The notes: generated by a model not told the origin, from the sequence alone. A stretch of 64,000 nt of DNA from Nanobdellati archaeon (GCA_019429005.1 JAHYJR010000001.1:200663-264662), one strand, 5' to 3'. Counted from the stretch's first letter, positions 28,732 through 39,224 are shown. Numbers and translations: made by a program.

Positions 28732-29360
28732 TACTTGAAGAATTTTATGCGTTAATGTCACATAAGGATTGTGGTGAGTGTGGATTTTCTAGTTGTAGGA
28801 CCTTTGCACGAAAACTAATACGGAAAACTTCAAAAATAGAGGGTTGTAAACATCTTAATATTGGTGCATCTAAGCAGATTAACGAAATTCTTAAATGTAA
28901 AAAAATAATTCTTACAAAAGTATCAATGACTGGTAAAGGTATGCTTGTATTGCAACCTTGTCATTCTAAAGGTAAGCGTATGGCTGAATTCCAGATTAAA
29001 CCATATAATGATCTATTTGGTGTATTTGATCTTGAAGCACTTAATACTTGTATCTCTAGTTGTAAGGATTTTACAGATATAAAAAAATCTATAAATCTTG
29101 GTGTAATAACATTTTCATATTTTGAAAAGAAAGTGTTTGTATTTTCAAGCGGTCTTGTTAGGGTAAAACAAGCAAAAAGTCAAGAAGATATATTAAATGC
29201 ATCTGGATTTATACTGGAAAAAATAATTGGTTCTCTGATACTTGATGATGATGAACTCCTTTTAGAACACAAAAGTTTTGATTCTGATTTATTTGAAAAT
29301 TCAGTCTGGTATCTTTTAAACCTCAAACGGGAAGGTACAAAAATAAAGGATTTAATTTAA
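28728..29360 (+). CDS. Fe-S cluster-binding protein (DCGxCGxxxCxxFA...C domain)
   Basis: DCGECGFSSCRTFA...GC matches the putative Fe-S domain seen in RnfB/CdhE-type N-termini. Confidence 0.8.
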   Translation: MILEEFYALMSHKDCGECGFSSCRTFARKLIRKTSKIEGCKHLNIGASKQINEILKCKKIILTKVSMTGKGMLVLQPCHSKGKRMAEFQIKPYNDLFGVFDLEALNTCISSCKDFTDIKKSINLGVITFSYFEKKVFVFSSGLVRVKQAKSQEDILNASGFILEKIIGSLILDDDELLLEHKSFDSDLFENSVWYLLNLKREGTKIKDLI

Positions 29361-29362
29361 AC

Positions 29363-30571
29363 CTATTTGAAAAATTCAATAGCTTCAAGAACCTTTTCTG
29401 CAAATAATGTAATCTCATTTTTAGTATTATAATAATATGCAGATGCTCTTGCAGATCCCGCAATCTTATTTTTATTAAACCATGAATGTACGCAATGTGC
29501 ACCTGAACGTATCATTATATTTGCAGATTCATCAAGTATCATTGCAATATCGTGCGGACTTATTCCTTCTACATAGAAACTGAATATTCCACCTCTTTGT
29601 GTTGAATCAGATGGTCCTATTATATTGACTTTATCTCTAAGCAGTCTTGTTGCAATATTGTTAAGCATGATTTCATGATTTTGTATGTTTTCAATACCAA
29701 TTTTGGTAAGGTAATCTATTGCAGCACCTAAACCTATTATTCCAGGATAATTTTGTAATCCTGCCTCAAATTTCTCTGGAAGTGGACTTAATTTATATGA
29801 ATCATATGTGGTATCAATTACAGTGTCACCACCGACAATAAATGGATCCATCTTTTCAAGCAATTCCTGTTTCCCATATAATACACCAACTCCATTTGGT
29901 CCGCTCATCTTATGTGATGACATAGCAAAGAAATCAACATTAAGTTTAGTGACATCAATTCTTTGGTGTGGTGTGCTTTGTGCACCGTCAAGCATCACAA
30001 GAGCACCATAGTCATGTGCAATCTTTATGATTTCTTTTGCAGGTATAGTGTATCCATCAATATTTGATGTATGTACCATGCTTACAAGTTTGACCTCTTT
30101 TGACATTATGGATTCAAATGTGCTTAAGTTAAACGTATTATCTTTATTTGATTCTATAATTTTATAATTTATGTTAGCGTTTTCTTTTAATTTAAGCCAA
30201 GGCATAAGGTTTGAATTATGTTCTTTATCTGTTGTTATTACAATATCATTCCTTTTAAGACCTAATGAATTTGCCACAAGGTTTATGCTTTCAGTTGTGT
30301 TTTTTGTAAAGATTATTTCAGAATTATTTTTTGCTCCTAAAAAAGTTTTGGTCTTATCTCGTGCAGAATCAACTTGTTCTGTCACGATTCTTGCGAATTT
30401 ATGTGTTGACCTTCCAGAACATGCAGGATATTCATTATAATATTGATTCATAGCATCAATGACTTGTTTTGGTTTAAGTGTCATGCATGCATTATCGAGA
30501 TATACTATTGGTTTATTATTAATTTTTCTTTCAAGTACTGGGAAATCTTTACGAATTTGATTAATGTTCAT
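29363..30571 (-). CDS. sufS: Cysteine desulfurase (SufS, class V aminotransferase)
   Basis: YLDNA, EHNSN, DGAQS, SSHKM (PLP Lys) and RSGAHC. Confidence 0.95.
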   Translation of the reverse strand: MNINQIRKDFPVLERKINNKPIVYLDNACMTLKPKQVIDAMNQYYNEYPACSGRSTHKFARIVTEQVDSARDKTKTFLGAKNNSEIIFTKNTTESINLVANSLGLKRNDIVITTDKEHNSNLMPWLKLKENANINYKIIESNKDNTFNLSTFESIMSKEVKLVSMVHTSNIDGYTIPAKEIIKIAHDYGALVMLDGAQSTPHQRIDVTKLNVDFFAMSSHKMSGPNGVGVLYGKQELLEKMDPFIVGGDTVIDTTYDSYKLSPLPEKFEAGLQNYPGIIGLGAAIDYLTKIGIENIQNHEIMLNNIATRLLRDKVNIIGPSDSTQRGGIFSFYVEGISPHDIAMILDESANIMIRSGAHCVHSWFNKNKIAGSARASAYYYNTKNEITLFAEKVLEAIEFFK

Positions 30572-30660
30572 AGCAATCACAAGTTATAACACTGTTATAT
30601 TTTATACGTTACTTTAAATAATTTTTTATTGATTCGCGTCCTAATACTCTTTGTGAGTGT

Positions 30661-31164
30661 ATGCAATCTGAAATCTTTTATAGTATCTTACCGTTAAGAA
30701 CAGCGTTTATGGACAGTTTTATGCATCTTTTAACTGAAAGTTATCTTATATTGATACCTCTATTAATTTTATATTTTGCATACAAAAAAGATAAGAGCGT
30801 CATACCGCTTATAGTTGCAATTCTTTTGACTGTATCTGTTGTAACAATTATTAAGACTGTAGTTGCAGAACCAAGACCTTGTGATGTGTTATTGGAATTA
30901 TATCCTGATGGTTGTACAGATACGGGATATTCATTCCCTAGCAGACATACAGCAATAGTCTTTAGTGTTTTACCCTTTTTTGTAGGAAATGTATTTTATT
31001 TTATAGTATATGGTTTGTATGCTTTATTTGTTGCTTTAACCAGAGTTTATTTTGGTCTTCATTATCCTACAGATATTATCGCCGGCATGATTTTTGGTTA
31101 TCTGATTGGATATTTTTGTATTAAACATAAAGAAAAGATTGATTCTATTTTTAATATATACTGA
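30661..31164 (+). CDS. PAP2-family membrane phosphatase
   Basis: K...PRP, SFPSRH and TRVYFGLHYPTD motifs. Confidence 0.92.
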   Translation: MQSEIFYSILPLRTAFMDSFMHLLTESYLILIPLLILYFAYKKDKSVIPLIVAILLTVSVVTIIKTVVAEPRPCDVLLELYPDGCTDTGYSFPSRHTAIVFSVLPFFVGNVFYFIVYGLYALFVALTRVYFGLHYPTDIIAGMIFGYLIGYFCIKHKEKIDSIFNIY

Positions 31165-31249
31165 AGAGGGTCGTATTGAAATTACAAAAACTTATGACCT
31201 TGTAACTAAAAATTGTATAACAAATATTACACCTAAGGCGTAGGATAAT

Positions 31250-32476
31250 TTAATTTTTAATTATCCTAACACTTTTTATTCCTTGTTCTGTTACGCTATC
31301 GATTTCAATGGTAGCGTTTCTTAATTTAATTTTTTCGCCTTTTTTAGGAATCTTTTGAAGTTTATGTATTATGTATCCTGCAATTGTATCAAAATGATCA
31401 TCTTTTAATTTAAGATTTAGGTATCGATTTACTTTTGAAATTGGTGCTTTTGCGTCAACTTCACTAATTTTATTATTTATTTTTTTGATAAATATGCTTT
31501 CACCCTTACTTTTATCAAATACATCTCCTACAATTTCATTTAATATATTCTCAACTGTTACAAGACCCGAGACATAACTGTGTTCATCTACAATAATAAC
31601 TAATGGTTGTTTTTTATCTTCAAATTCTGTTAATAATGTATCAATCTTTTTAGATTCTGGTACAAAATATGCTGGTCTTATTATTTTTTTGATTAATATA
31701 TCTATATCTTTTTTTTCAATATATTTTAAAGTGTCATCAATATCTAATATACCGAGAATTACATTTGTATTTCCTGAATATACTGGATATTTTGAATGTT
31801 TTGATTTTACAATTATATGAATATTATCTTTTATTTTTGTTTCGCCATCAATGAAGGTTATATCTACTTTTGGTGTCATAATATCTACAACTTTAGTGCC
31901 TTTAAATTCAAGTATATTATGCATCATTTCAGCAGTTTCTCTATTTAAAATACCTTCATTTTTACCAATTGTTACAATTGTTTTTAGTTCATCTTCAGAC
32001 AGTTCTATTTCATCTTTTGATCCTAGTATTTTAAGGACAAAATTTGATATATTTTCAAAAAATTTAGTAATGGGATATAATACGTTTGAAAGTAATTCAA
32101 TCGGTTTTGCTATATTTAATGCAATAAATTCACTATTTTGCGTTGCAATTGTTTTTGGGATAATCGCACCAAAAACAAGCAATAAGAATGTCATAACACC
32201 TGTTGAGATTCCGACTCCAATTGAACCGAACAATTCTGTAAAAATAATTGTTGCAAGGGCTGTTGCACTTATGTTTACAATATTATTTCCAAAGAGTATT
32301 GTGATTAGAATCTTATGTGGATTTTTTTTGATTTCGTATAGTGTGTCTGCGCCTTTTTTTTCTTCATGGAGCAATGTTTTTGCTTTAATCATGTTTATTG
32401 ACATAATAGATGCTTCTATGGCTGAGAATAAACTTGATAATATTATTAATATAATTAATATAATATATTCTATCAT
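31250..32476 (-). CDS. CNNM/hemolysin-family protein (DUF21-CBS-CorC)
   Basis: LFSAIEAS, GNNIVNI, IIPKT, DIMTP, VPESKKI and TIAGY motifs. Confidence 0.92.
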   Translation of the reverse strand: MIEYIILIILIILSSLFSAIEASIMSINMIKAKTLLHEEKKGADTLYEIKKNPHKILITILFGNNIVNISATALATIIFTELFGSIGVGISTGVMTFLLLVFGAIIPKTIATQNSEFIALNIAKPIELLSNVLYPITKFFENISNFVLKILGSKDEIELSEDELKTIVTIGKNEGILNRETAEMMHNILEFKGTKVVDIMTPKVDITFIDGETKIKDNIHIIVKSKHSKYPVYSGNTNVILGILDIDDTLKYIEKKDIDILIKKIIRPAYFVPESKKIDTLLTEFEDKKQPLVIIVDEHSYVSGLVTVENILNEIVGDVFDKSKGESIFIKKINNKISEVDAKAPISKVNRYLNLKLKDDHFDTIAGYIIHKLQKIPKKGEKIKLRNATIEIDSVTEQGIKSVRIIKN

Positions 32477-32648
32477 AAAAGGACGCCTTTATTACCTGTT
32501 ATTTAATAGATTATCTTCAGTTTGTATATATATTAATCTGTTTTATCTTATGTTCTATATTTTTTAAAAAGAAAATGTTAGTTTTTGTTATAGATATATT
32601 TATACAATAATTTTAAAGAGGATTGAAAAAATTATTGAAGAAAAAATA

Positions 32649-34088
32649 TTATTTTTTTCTCCATTTGACGCCTGAATCTGAATCTTCAAGAATAATCCCG
32701 ACCGCAGTTAATTGATTTCGTATTTTATCAGCCTTTTCAAAATCTTTTTCAGCTCTTGCAAGTTCTCGTGCATCAACAAGTATTTTTATGTTATCTTCAA
32801 GAATATCCTCTGCCTGTAATGTAATTATGCCAAAGATTGTATCTATTTTTTTGAAAAGTTCAAACACTAGGTGTGCATCCTTTTCACTTATGCTCTTTGT
32901 ATGCATGGCTTTTTTTACATATGTGACAAAATTAAAAAGTTCAGCAAAAGCTTTAGCTGTATCAAGATCATCATCCATCGCATCTTCAAACGTGTTTTTA
33001 AATATCTCAAGAGTATCTTTTAATTCTGTATTGTCTTTGATATCTGTTTTATAGTCTTTTAGATTTATCATAAAATTATTCAGATTCTCAACCGTATTTT
33101 TAGCTTGTTCTAGCGATTTATCTGTAAGGTTAAGTGCGGTTCTATATGGTACTGATATCAGCATGTATCTTAATGTTAATGGACTGTATCCTTTTTTCTC
33201 TATATCTTTTAATGTATAGAAATTTCCAAGTGATTTGCTCATCTTTGTTCCATTTACAAGAAGATGTCTTAAATGCATCCAATAATTTACAAAACGTTTA
33301 CCTGTAGCACCTTCAGTTTGTGCTATCTCACATTCATGGTGTGGGAATATATTGTCTTCAGCACCTGTGTGTATATCTATAGTATCACCTAAATATTTAG
33401 TCGCCATAACGGAACATTCTATATGCCATCCTGGGTATCCAACACTCCACGGACTTTCCCATGTCATAATATGTTTAGGGCTATTTATCCAAAGTGCAAA
33501 ATCAAATTGGTTCTTTTTATCTTTATTGAATTCAACCCGTCCGCCAGACCCTGCTTTAAGTTTATCTATGGTATTTCCAGAAAGTTTTCCATAATCTTTG
33601 AATTTTGAAACATCATAATATACGGATCCATTAGCGTTATAGGCATAACCTTTATCAATTAGTATCTTTATCATTTCAATGATTTCTTTAATGTGTTCAC
33701 TTGGTTTTGGTCTTACATCCGGTTCTTTTAAACCAATCTTTTTTGAATCTGCTAAAAATTCTTTTGTATAATAATCTGCAATATCCCAAACTGTTTTGTT
33801 TTCTCTTTTTGCTGCTTTTTCCATTTTATCTTCTCCAAGGTCCGAACTTATGACTTCATCTTCTGTCATATGCCCGACATCAGTAAAATTCATGACTTGT
33901 TTGACTGTATAGCCTCTGTATTCAAGATATCGTCTTATAAGGTCTGCAAAAGTGTATGCTCTTAAATTACCTACATGCGCATAATCATATACTGTAAGAC
34001 CACAATTATACATTGTCGCAATACCTTCTTTTTGCGTTTTAAAGTCTTCTTTTTTTCTAGTCATGGTGTTATAGAACTTAATTGCCAT
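32649..34088 (-). CDS. cysS: Cysteine--tRNA ligase
   Basis: CGLTVYDYAHVGN, GWHIECS, FPHHE and KMSKS. Confidence 0.97.
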   Translation of the reverse strand: MAIKFYNTMTRKKEDFKTQKEGIATMYNCGLTVYDYAHVGNLRAYTFADLIRRYLEYRGYTVKQVMNFTDVGHMTEDEVISSDLGEDKMEKAAKRENKTVWDIADYYTKEFLADSKKIGLKEPDVRPKPSEHIKEIIEMIKILIDKGYAYNANGSVYYDVSKFKDYGKLSGNTIDKLKAGSGGRVEFNKDKKNQFDFALWINSPKHIMTWESPWSVGYPGWHIECSVMATKYLGDTIDIHTGAEDNIFPHHECEIAQTEGATGKRFVNYWMHLRHLLVNGTKMSKSLGNFYTLKDIEKKGYSPLTLRYMLISVPYRTALNLTDKSLEQAKNTVENLNNFMINLKDYKTDIKDNTELKDTLEIFKNTFEDAMDDDLDTAKAFAELFNFVTYVKKAMHTKSISEKDAHLVFELFKKIDTIFGIITLQAEDILEDNIKILVDARELARAEKDFEKADKIRNQLTAVGIILEDSDSGVKWRKK

Positions 34089-34120
34089 ACATATCAACCC
34101 TATATTTTTTAAAAATAAAA

Positions 34121-34194
34121 AGCGGAAGGAGAGATTCGAACTCCCGGAAAACCGATCTGCAGTCGGTCACATTAGACCACTCTGTCACTTCCGC
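34121..34194 (-). tRNA. tRNA-Cys(GCA)
   Basis: GCGGAAG...ACCGA-CT-GCA-GA-TCGGT...GGGAG-TTCGAAT-CTCTC-CTTCCGC-T; U73 discriminator. Confidence 0.96.
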
Positions 34195-34373
34195 ATGTTG
34201 AACAATTTATAAAATGTATTATTCTTTATTGTAATTATTATTTTAAGCCTATATTTTTTTATATTCATCGTATTAGACTTATTAGAATTTTATGGTATTC
34301 TTATAGAACTTTTCAGGTATTTTTTAAACCTTGTTTTTATTGTTTATACTAATGTATCAATAAAATTTAAGTT

Positions 34374-34391
34374 TTGTGTCATTTGACACAA
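34374..34391. promoter_or_regulatory. Operator-like perfect inverted repeat TTGTGTCA-TT-TGACACAA
   Basis: 8-2-8 palindrome in the adk to tRNA-Cys intergenic region. Confidence 0.45.
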
Positions 34392-34490
34392 GAATATATG
34401 TTTGTACTGTAACTAATCTTACACCTATTAGAATTAATCTATTCTATTTTTTATCAATTTTAGAATTGTTATTTTCAATTTGATTTATCT

Positions 34491-35060
34491 TTAATCTAAG
34501 ATTTTTGCAAGCTTTTTTGCTGTTTCAATTGATTTATCTTCTTTATTTGTAATAATTGTAAGTATTGCATCTGTGAACATAGAATATGCAGCACAAAAAG
34601 ATCTATTTAATTCTTGATGTCTTTTAATTGCTATAATACTATCATTATCTCGTTTACGATTACTATCGTTTTGTCTACGTTTAATTATATCTTTTTCATC
34701 TGATTCGATAATGACTATAGTTTTAGGTATTAGGTGTGTAAGGATATCTATTGGTAATCCTGGAAGATAACCGTTTGGTGTTTCAATTGTACTGTGTGTG
34801 TCTAGTATTATATTTGATATTTCTGATGCTTTAGATATATTTTTTGCTGCAAGTACTTGAATTGTTTTTTGTGTCTCATTATTTAATTTTCTCATATCAT
34901 CTCTTGTTTTTACAAGACTCTCTTTTTTAGCTATGTTAAACATTTCAGTTCCGAACGTTTTGATTATATATTTATTTTTTGTAAGGTTCATAGCATCATT
35001 TATAACTCTGCTTTTACCCACACCTGGAATTCCTGTAACAATAATAATTTTATTTTCCAT
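34491..35060 (-). CDS. adkA: Archaeal adenylate kinase
   Basis: TGIPGVGKS, RDDMRKL and LDTH...GYLPGLP. Confidence 0.93.
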   Translation of the reverse strand: MENKIIIVTGIPGVGKSRVINDAMNLTKNKYIIKTFGTEMFNIAKKESLVKTRDDMRKLNNETQKTIQVLAAKNISKASEISNIILDTHSTIETPNGYLPGLPIDILTHLIPKTIVIIESDEKDIIKRRQNDSNRKRDNDSIIAIKRHQELNRSFCAAYSMFTDAILTIITNKEDKSIETAKKLAKILD

Positions 35061-35326
35061 ATAAAGTCACATTTATATTTTAAACTACTATTAAGAACTA
35101 TGTTTTGTTACATATATATCTTTATTAAGTTCTGTTAACCAAGTATGATTAGGTTATTATTTATGGATTCTTGGCATGCACTTGAACTAAAAAAACAGAA
35201 AACTCTTTTTGGTTTTAACAAAAAAGAAAAATCTACATCAGAAAATTCTGATGTTTCTAAATCCTAAAAATAACTTATACCAGTTTTTTATTTTTTTTAA
35301 AAAAATAGTTTCTTTTTAATCCGTTT

Positions 35327-35446
35327 TTATAATCTGTCGCTTTGAAATTCAATAATTTTATTAATTCTTTTAACTTCATTAAAATTTCCAAGTGCAAGCA
35401 TTTGTTTTTTCATCATTTCTAATTGGTCTCTTGAAATAGATATCAC
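35327..35446 (-). CDS. Possible small protein (about 36-39 aa)
   Basis: Strong GGGTGAT SD; frame reads ISRDQLEMMKKQMLALGNFNEVKRINKIIEFQSDRL. Confidence 0.4.
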   Translation of the reverse strand: MISISRDQLEMMKKQMLALGNFNEVKRINKIIEFQSDRL

Positions 35447-35575
35447 CCTCTAATTTATACATTTTTTTAAACCTTTTCGTGGATTTAAAGAAAAAGTTAG
35501 ATAACGTTAGTATATAGTATACAAAAAAGTATATATAACCACACGATTAATACGTTTATATATTTTGTGGTTATT

Positions 35576-37231
35576 TTATTTTTCAGATTTAAATTCTAGT
35601 TCTAGAACAACAACAGGCACGTCAATATCCCAGTTTGATATAACTTTGGGATGTAATGCACCTATAATTCCAATTTTTTTATTATCAACAATTATCTTAG
35701 CACCCCTACCTTCCATAAAGTATGGTTTATCACACTCTTCAAATCTATATTTGATTCCAATGTTTTCAAGAAGTCTTTCTGTAACTGCTTTAATCTCAGT
35801 ATAATCTGAATCACTATGTGCGGTTACAGCTGCAAGATGTAATCGCTGTTTTGTTCTTGTATCTGTTTTTACATCTGGTTTGATCACATAATCAATATCA
35901 AACAATTTTTGTGGGTATTCTTTATGCTTATTGTTTGACAATGATTTGAGTACACTTGGTATTAACCAAGAACGTATCATATTGAAACTTTTTTCAGTTG
36001 ATTCTCCAAGGTTTACATGTGGTTGTTCGGAAATATTCATTTTGTTATATTGTTCTTCTTTATTTGTTATTACAAGTGTAAGACTTTCTTGATATCCAAA
36101 ACCAATCATTTGTTCTTGTACTGTTTCTTTAAGTTTGGATTCTTCAGTTGTCCCACCTGTTGTCACAACTAGGGGTATAACCATTTCAATATTTTCAAAG
36201 CCATATGCTCTCGCGACATCATCAGCTATATCAACATCATGTAATATATCGGTCCTATATGGTGGAATAAGTATCGTTAGTATGGTTTTATCTATATTTA
36301 TGACATCATAGCCCATTTGCTCAAGGTATTTTTTCATTTTTTTTGCATCAATATTGATACCTATAAGTTTATTTACATAATCTACACTAATTTTTCTTGT
36401 TTCAGGAGTAAGATCTGGTGTAGTAATAGTTTTGTCTGCGTATTCTATATCCATTGAATATATTTTTCCACCCATATCTGAAAATATTGTTACAAGTATA
36501 TTGAGTATTACTTTTAGTGCGTTTAAATCACTACCACTGCATTCTATAAATATTTCTTTGGTATCTTCTGTAACTCTTCCACGTTTTTGTGAATTGATTA
36601 TTGGTGGCATTGAAAGGATCTCATTGTTTGAATCAATAAATATAGGGTATTGTTTATGTTCTCTCAAAAGATGTGCATATTTCTGGCCTGTTGGATGTTT
36701 ATCAAGTATCTCATATCCATTAAGTTCTTTATCAGATTCAAGTGGTACAAATCTGATATCTTTTGGATCTTTTGCAATATAATGGATTGGTAGTTTTATT
36801 TTTTCAAATGGATATATTCCTATTGCTGCTTTTTTTCTACCTCTTGCAAATGTTGCATGAAGTTTTTCTTGTACCCATATAAGTTCTTTTATTTTTTTAT
36901 CATCAAATTCAAGACCTTTGACAATTGCTGCAACTGTATAAGGTCTTACATTTTTAGTTGATTTATCAACTATAACTTTTTCTCCGGATTTAGTTATTTT
37001 GTATTCTTTAAGTCCCGTTTCTATACTCATATAACTTTTAAGTGCTCTTGCAAGACCATAAGTTGATACCATATCAGGACGTTCTGCTGTGATATCAATT
37101 TTAAGTTCATCACCATCAATATCATCTAGTTCCATACCTAAATTAAATAAATTCTCTTCAAGTTCTTTGGTTGTTATATTTTTTCCAAGTAGTTTCTGTA
37201 TTTTTGATAATTGTGTGTCAAGTGTAACCAT
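35576..37231 (-). CDS. pheT: Phenylalanine--tRNA ligase beta subunit
   Basis: AERPDM, QEKLH...RKKAAIG, SMPPIINS and RTDILH. Confidence 0.96.
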   Translation of the reverse strand: MVTLDTQLSKIQKLLGKNITTKELEENLFNLGMELDDIDGDELKIDITAERPDMVSTYGLARALKSYMSIETGLKEYKITKSGEKVIVDKSTKNVRPYTVAAIVKGLEFDDKKIKELIWVQEKLHATFARGRKKAAIGIYPFEKIKLPIHYIAKDPKDIRFVPLESDKELNGYEILDKHPTGQKYAHLLREHKQYPIFIDSNNEILSMPPIINSQKRGRVTEDTKEIFIECSGSDLNALKVILNILVTIFSDMGGKIYSMDIEYADKTITTPDLTPETRKISVDYVNKLIGINIDAKKMKKYLEQMGYDVINIDKTILTILIPPYRTDILHDVDIADDVARAYGFENIEMVIPLVVTTGGTTEESKLKETVQEQMIGFGYQESLTLVITNKEEQYNKMNISEQPHVNLGESTEKSFNMIRSWLIPSVLKSLSNNKHKEYPQKLFDIDYVIKPDVKTDTRTKQRLHLAAVTAHSDSDYTEIKAVTERLLENIGIKYRFEECDKPYFMEGRGAKIIVDNKKIGIIGALHPKVISNWDIDVPVVVLELEFKSEK

Positions 37232-37240
37232 TGTATTCAC

Positions 37241-38716
37241 CTATATCTCTCTTTTTGGAACTTTGTAAGTTCTCAACCATTCTAAATCACATGTTGGTCC
37301 AAGTAAATCATGTATACTGTTTTTATTATATACAAGCATAGCAAGTCTTTCTGGTGACAAACCCCATGCAATAACTGGAACATCTATATTGAATGGTTCA
37401 AGTGCTTCAGGTCTGAATATACCTGAATTTATAAGTTCTATCCATTTACCAAGACCTTCATGGTATGCGAATGCTTCCATACTTGGTTCAGTATATGGGT
37501 TGTATGTAGGTTTAAATTTGATTTTGTCTATTCCAAATTTGGAATAGAATTCTTTTATACTGCTTTTAAGGTTTCCAAGTGTCAAGTCTTTATCCATAAT
37601 TAATCCTTCTACTTGGAAAAATTCAGCACCATGTGTTGCATCAAGTGCCTCATTTCTAAAAACTCTATCTATACAAAAATATTTTGCAGGTGGTTTTATT
37701 TTTTCAATTCCAAAATATCTGAATGTTGTTGCAGTTGTATGTGTTCTAAGCAAGACTTTTTTTGCTTCATTATCATCCCATGCATAGCCATAACCCTTTG
37801 AACCACATTTACCTCCGGTTGTATGTACATTCTTAACCTTATCTACAATTTTTTTATCTGGAAGGTCTCCGATTAATGGTAAATGAAAAGTGTCTTGTGC
37901 TTCTCTTGCAGGATGATCTTGAGGTATAAACATTGAATCCATGCACCAAAACGCAGTCTCAACAAGTGGTCCATTCATCTCTTTAAAACCCATCTCAACA
38001 AACACATCTCGTATACGGTTCATTATAACTCTAAGTGGATGTTTTCGTCCATTATACATTTTTGCAACAGGTGCAACTACATTATATTTTCTAAAAGTCA
38101 CATTTTTCCATTCACCTGTTGTAAGGTGCTTTGGTGTGAGTCTGCTAATTTCCTTTACAAGTTTAGTTTCATCTGCAACTTTTAATCCAATAGCAGTAGC
38201 TTTAATTGTTCTTATTGTCCTAAATGTGGATTTAATGAGAGATCTTTTTGTAAGTGTATCAATCATTTTTGAATCTATTTTGATGCCTTTTTTAATATTT
38301 TCAAGTGCGTCTTGAATAATATCTTTAGTTTTAAGGTATTTTTTACCAGTATCTGTTGCAACTACAAGATTATTTTTATCTTTTTGTATGTCGATAAGAC
38401 CTTGTTTTTTTGCAAAACCGACACCAACATTTTTATCTTTAATTTTAATCTTTTCAAGTTCTAGGCCATTACCTATAGCTATAAGAATTTGACGTTCTGG
38501 AAGTCCATTTTTAATTATATTTACGCCTTTATCCGAAAGGTCTAAAACTAATTTATCTTCTTCTTTAACATTTGTAAGTTTTAATTTTGAAAGTGTCATA
38601 CTAGCACGTATTACTGCAGCTTGGTCAATATCTGTTATATCATTAAGACAGATATCATTTTTTTCAAGAAGTTTCTTTAATAAAAGTATTTCATGGTACT
38701 GAAGATTGTATTTCAT
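37241..38716 (-). CDS. pheS: Phenylalanine--tRNA ligase alpha subunit
   Basis: PQDHPAREAQDTF, LRTHTT, FRNEALDATH, PYTEPS and ERLAM. Confidence 0.97.
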   Translation of the reverse strand: MKYNLQYHEILLLKKLLEKNDICLNDITDIDQAAVIRASMTLSKLKLTNVKEEDKLVLDLSDKGVNIIKNGLPERQILIAIGNGLELEKIKIKDKNVGVGFAKKQGLIDIQKDKNNLVVATDTGKKYLKTKDIIQDALENIKKGIKIDSKMIDTLTKRSLIKSTFRTIRTIKATAIGLKVADETKLVKEISRLTPKHLTTGEWKNVTFRKYNVVAPVAKMYNGRKHPLRVIMNRIRDVFVEMGFKEMNGPLVETAFWCMDSMFIPQDHPAREAQDTFHLPLIGDLPDKKIVDKVKNVHTTGGKCGSKGYGYAWDDNEAKKVLLRTHTTATTFRYFGIEKIKPPAKYFCIDRVFRNEALDATHGAEFFQVEGLIMDKDLTLGNLKSSIKEFYSKFGIDKIKFKPTYNPYTEPSMEAFAYHEGLGKWIELINSGIFRPEALEPFNIDVPVIAWGLSPERLAMLVYNKNSIHDLLGPTCDLEWLRTYKVPKREI

Positions 38717-38731
38717 ATAATCATCCTTTTC

Positions 38732-38974
38732 TTAATTTATCATTTTGTAGCTTCCAAAAGTATAAAGTACTGACACCTTCCTTTTTAACATTTCTAATGC
38801 ATCATTTATATCTTTTTGTGTTTGTCCTGATTCAATTTTTGTTTTAAGCACATATTCTACTAGTTTCATCCTTTAAGCTATCAATTCAAGAATCTTATTA
38901 TTGATTGTATCAATATATACTCGCACCTCTTCAAGGCTCACATATTTTTTTTGTTGGTTTTTAATCTCTGTCAT
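38732..38974 (-). pseudogene. Chorismate mutase (AroQ type) pseudogene
   Basis: MTEIKNQQKKYVSLEEVRVYIDTINNKILELIA*RMKLVEYVLKTK...; in-frame TAA at 38873-38875; GTGAT SD intact. Confidence 0.75.
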
Positions 38975-39224
38975 ATAAATCACAATTTAAATTTATTAAT
39001 TTTAAAGCTATGGCTATAATTAAAAGTTCTTATAAAAATGTCTATTAGTAATGTCTTTATAGCTAAATCTAAGAAAACGTATACAGGTGCTTTTATGCTT
39101 GTATAAATTGGTGGTACATCACATCACGTATTAAATTATTTTGGTTTAAACTTTTTAAATGTTGTTTTGTTTGAAAAGACTAAGTTTTATAAAATATTTG
39201 TAGTAATTATATTTAGGTATATTT

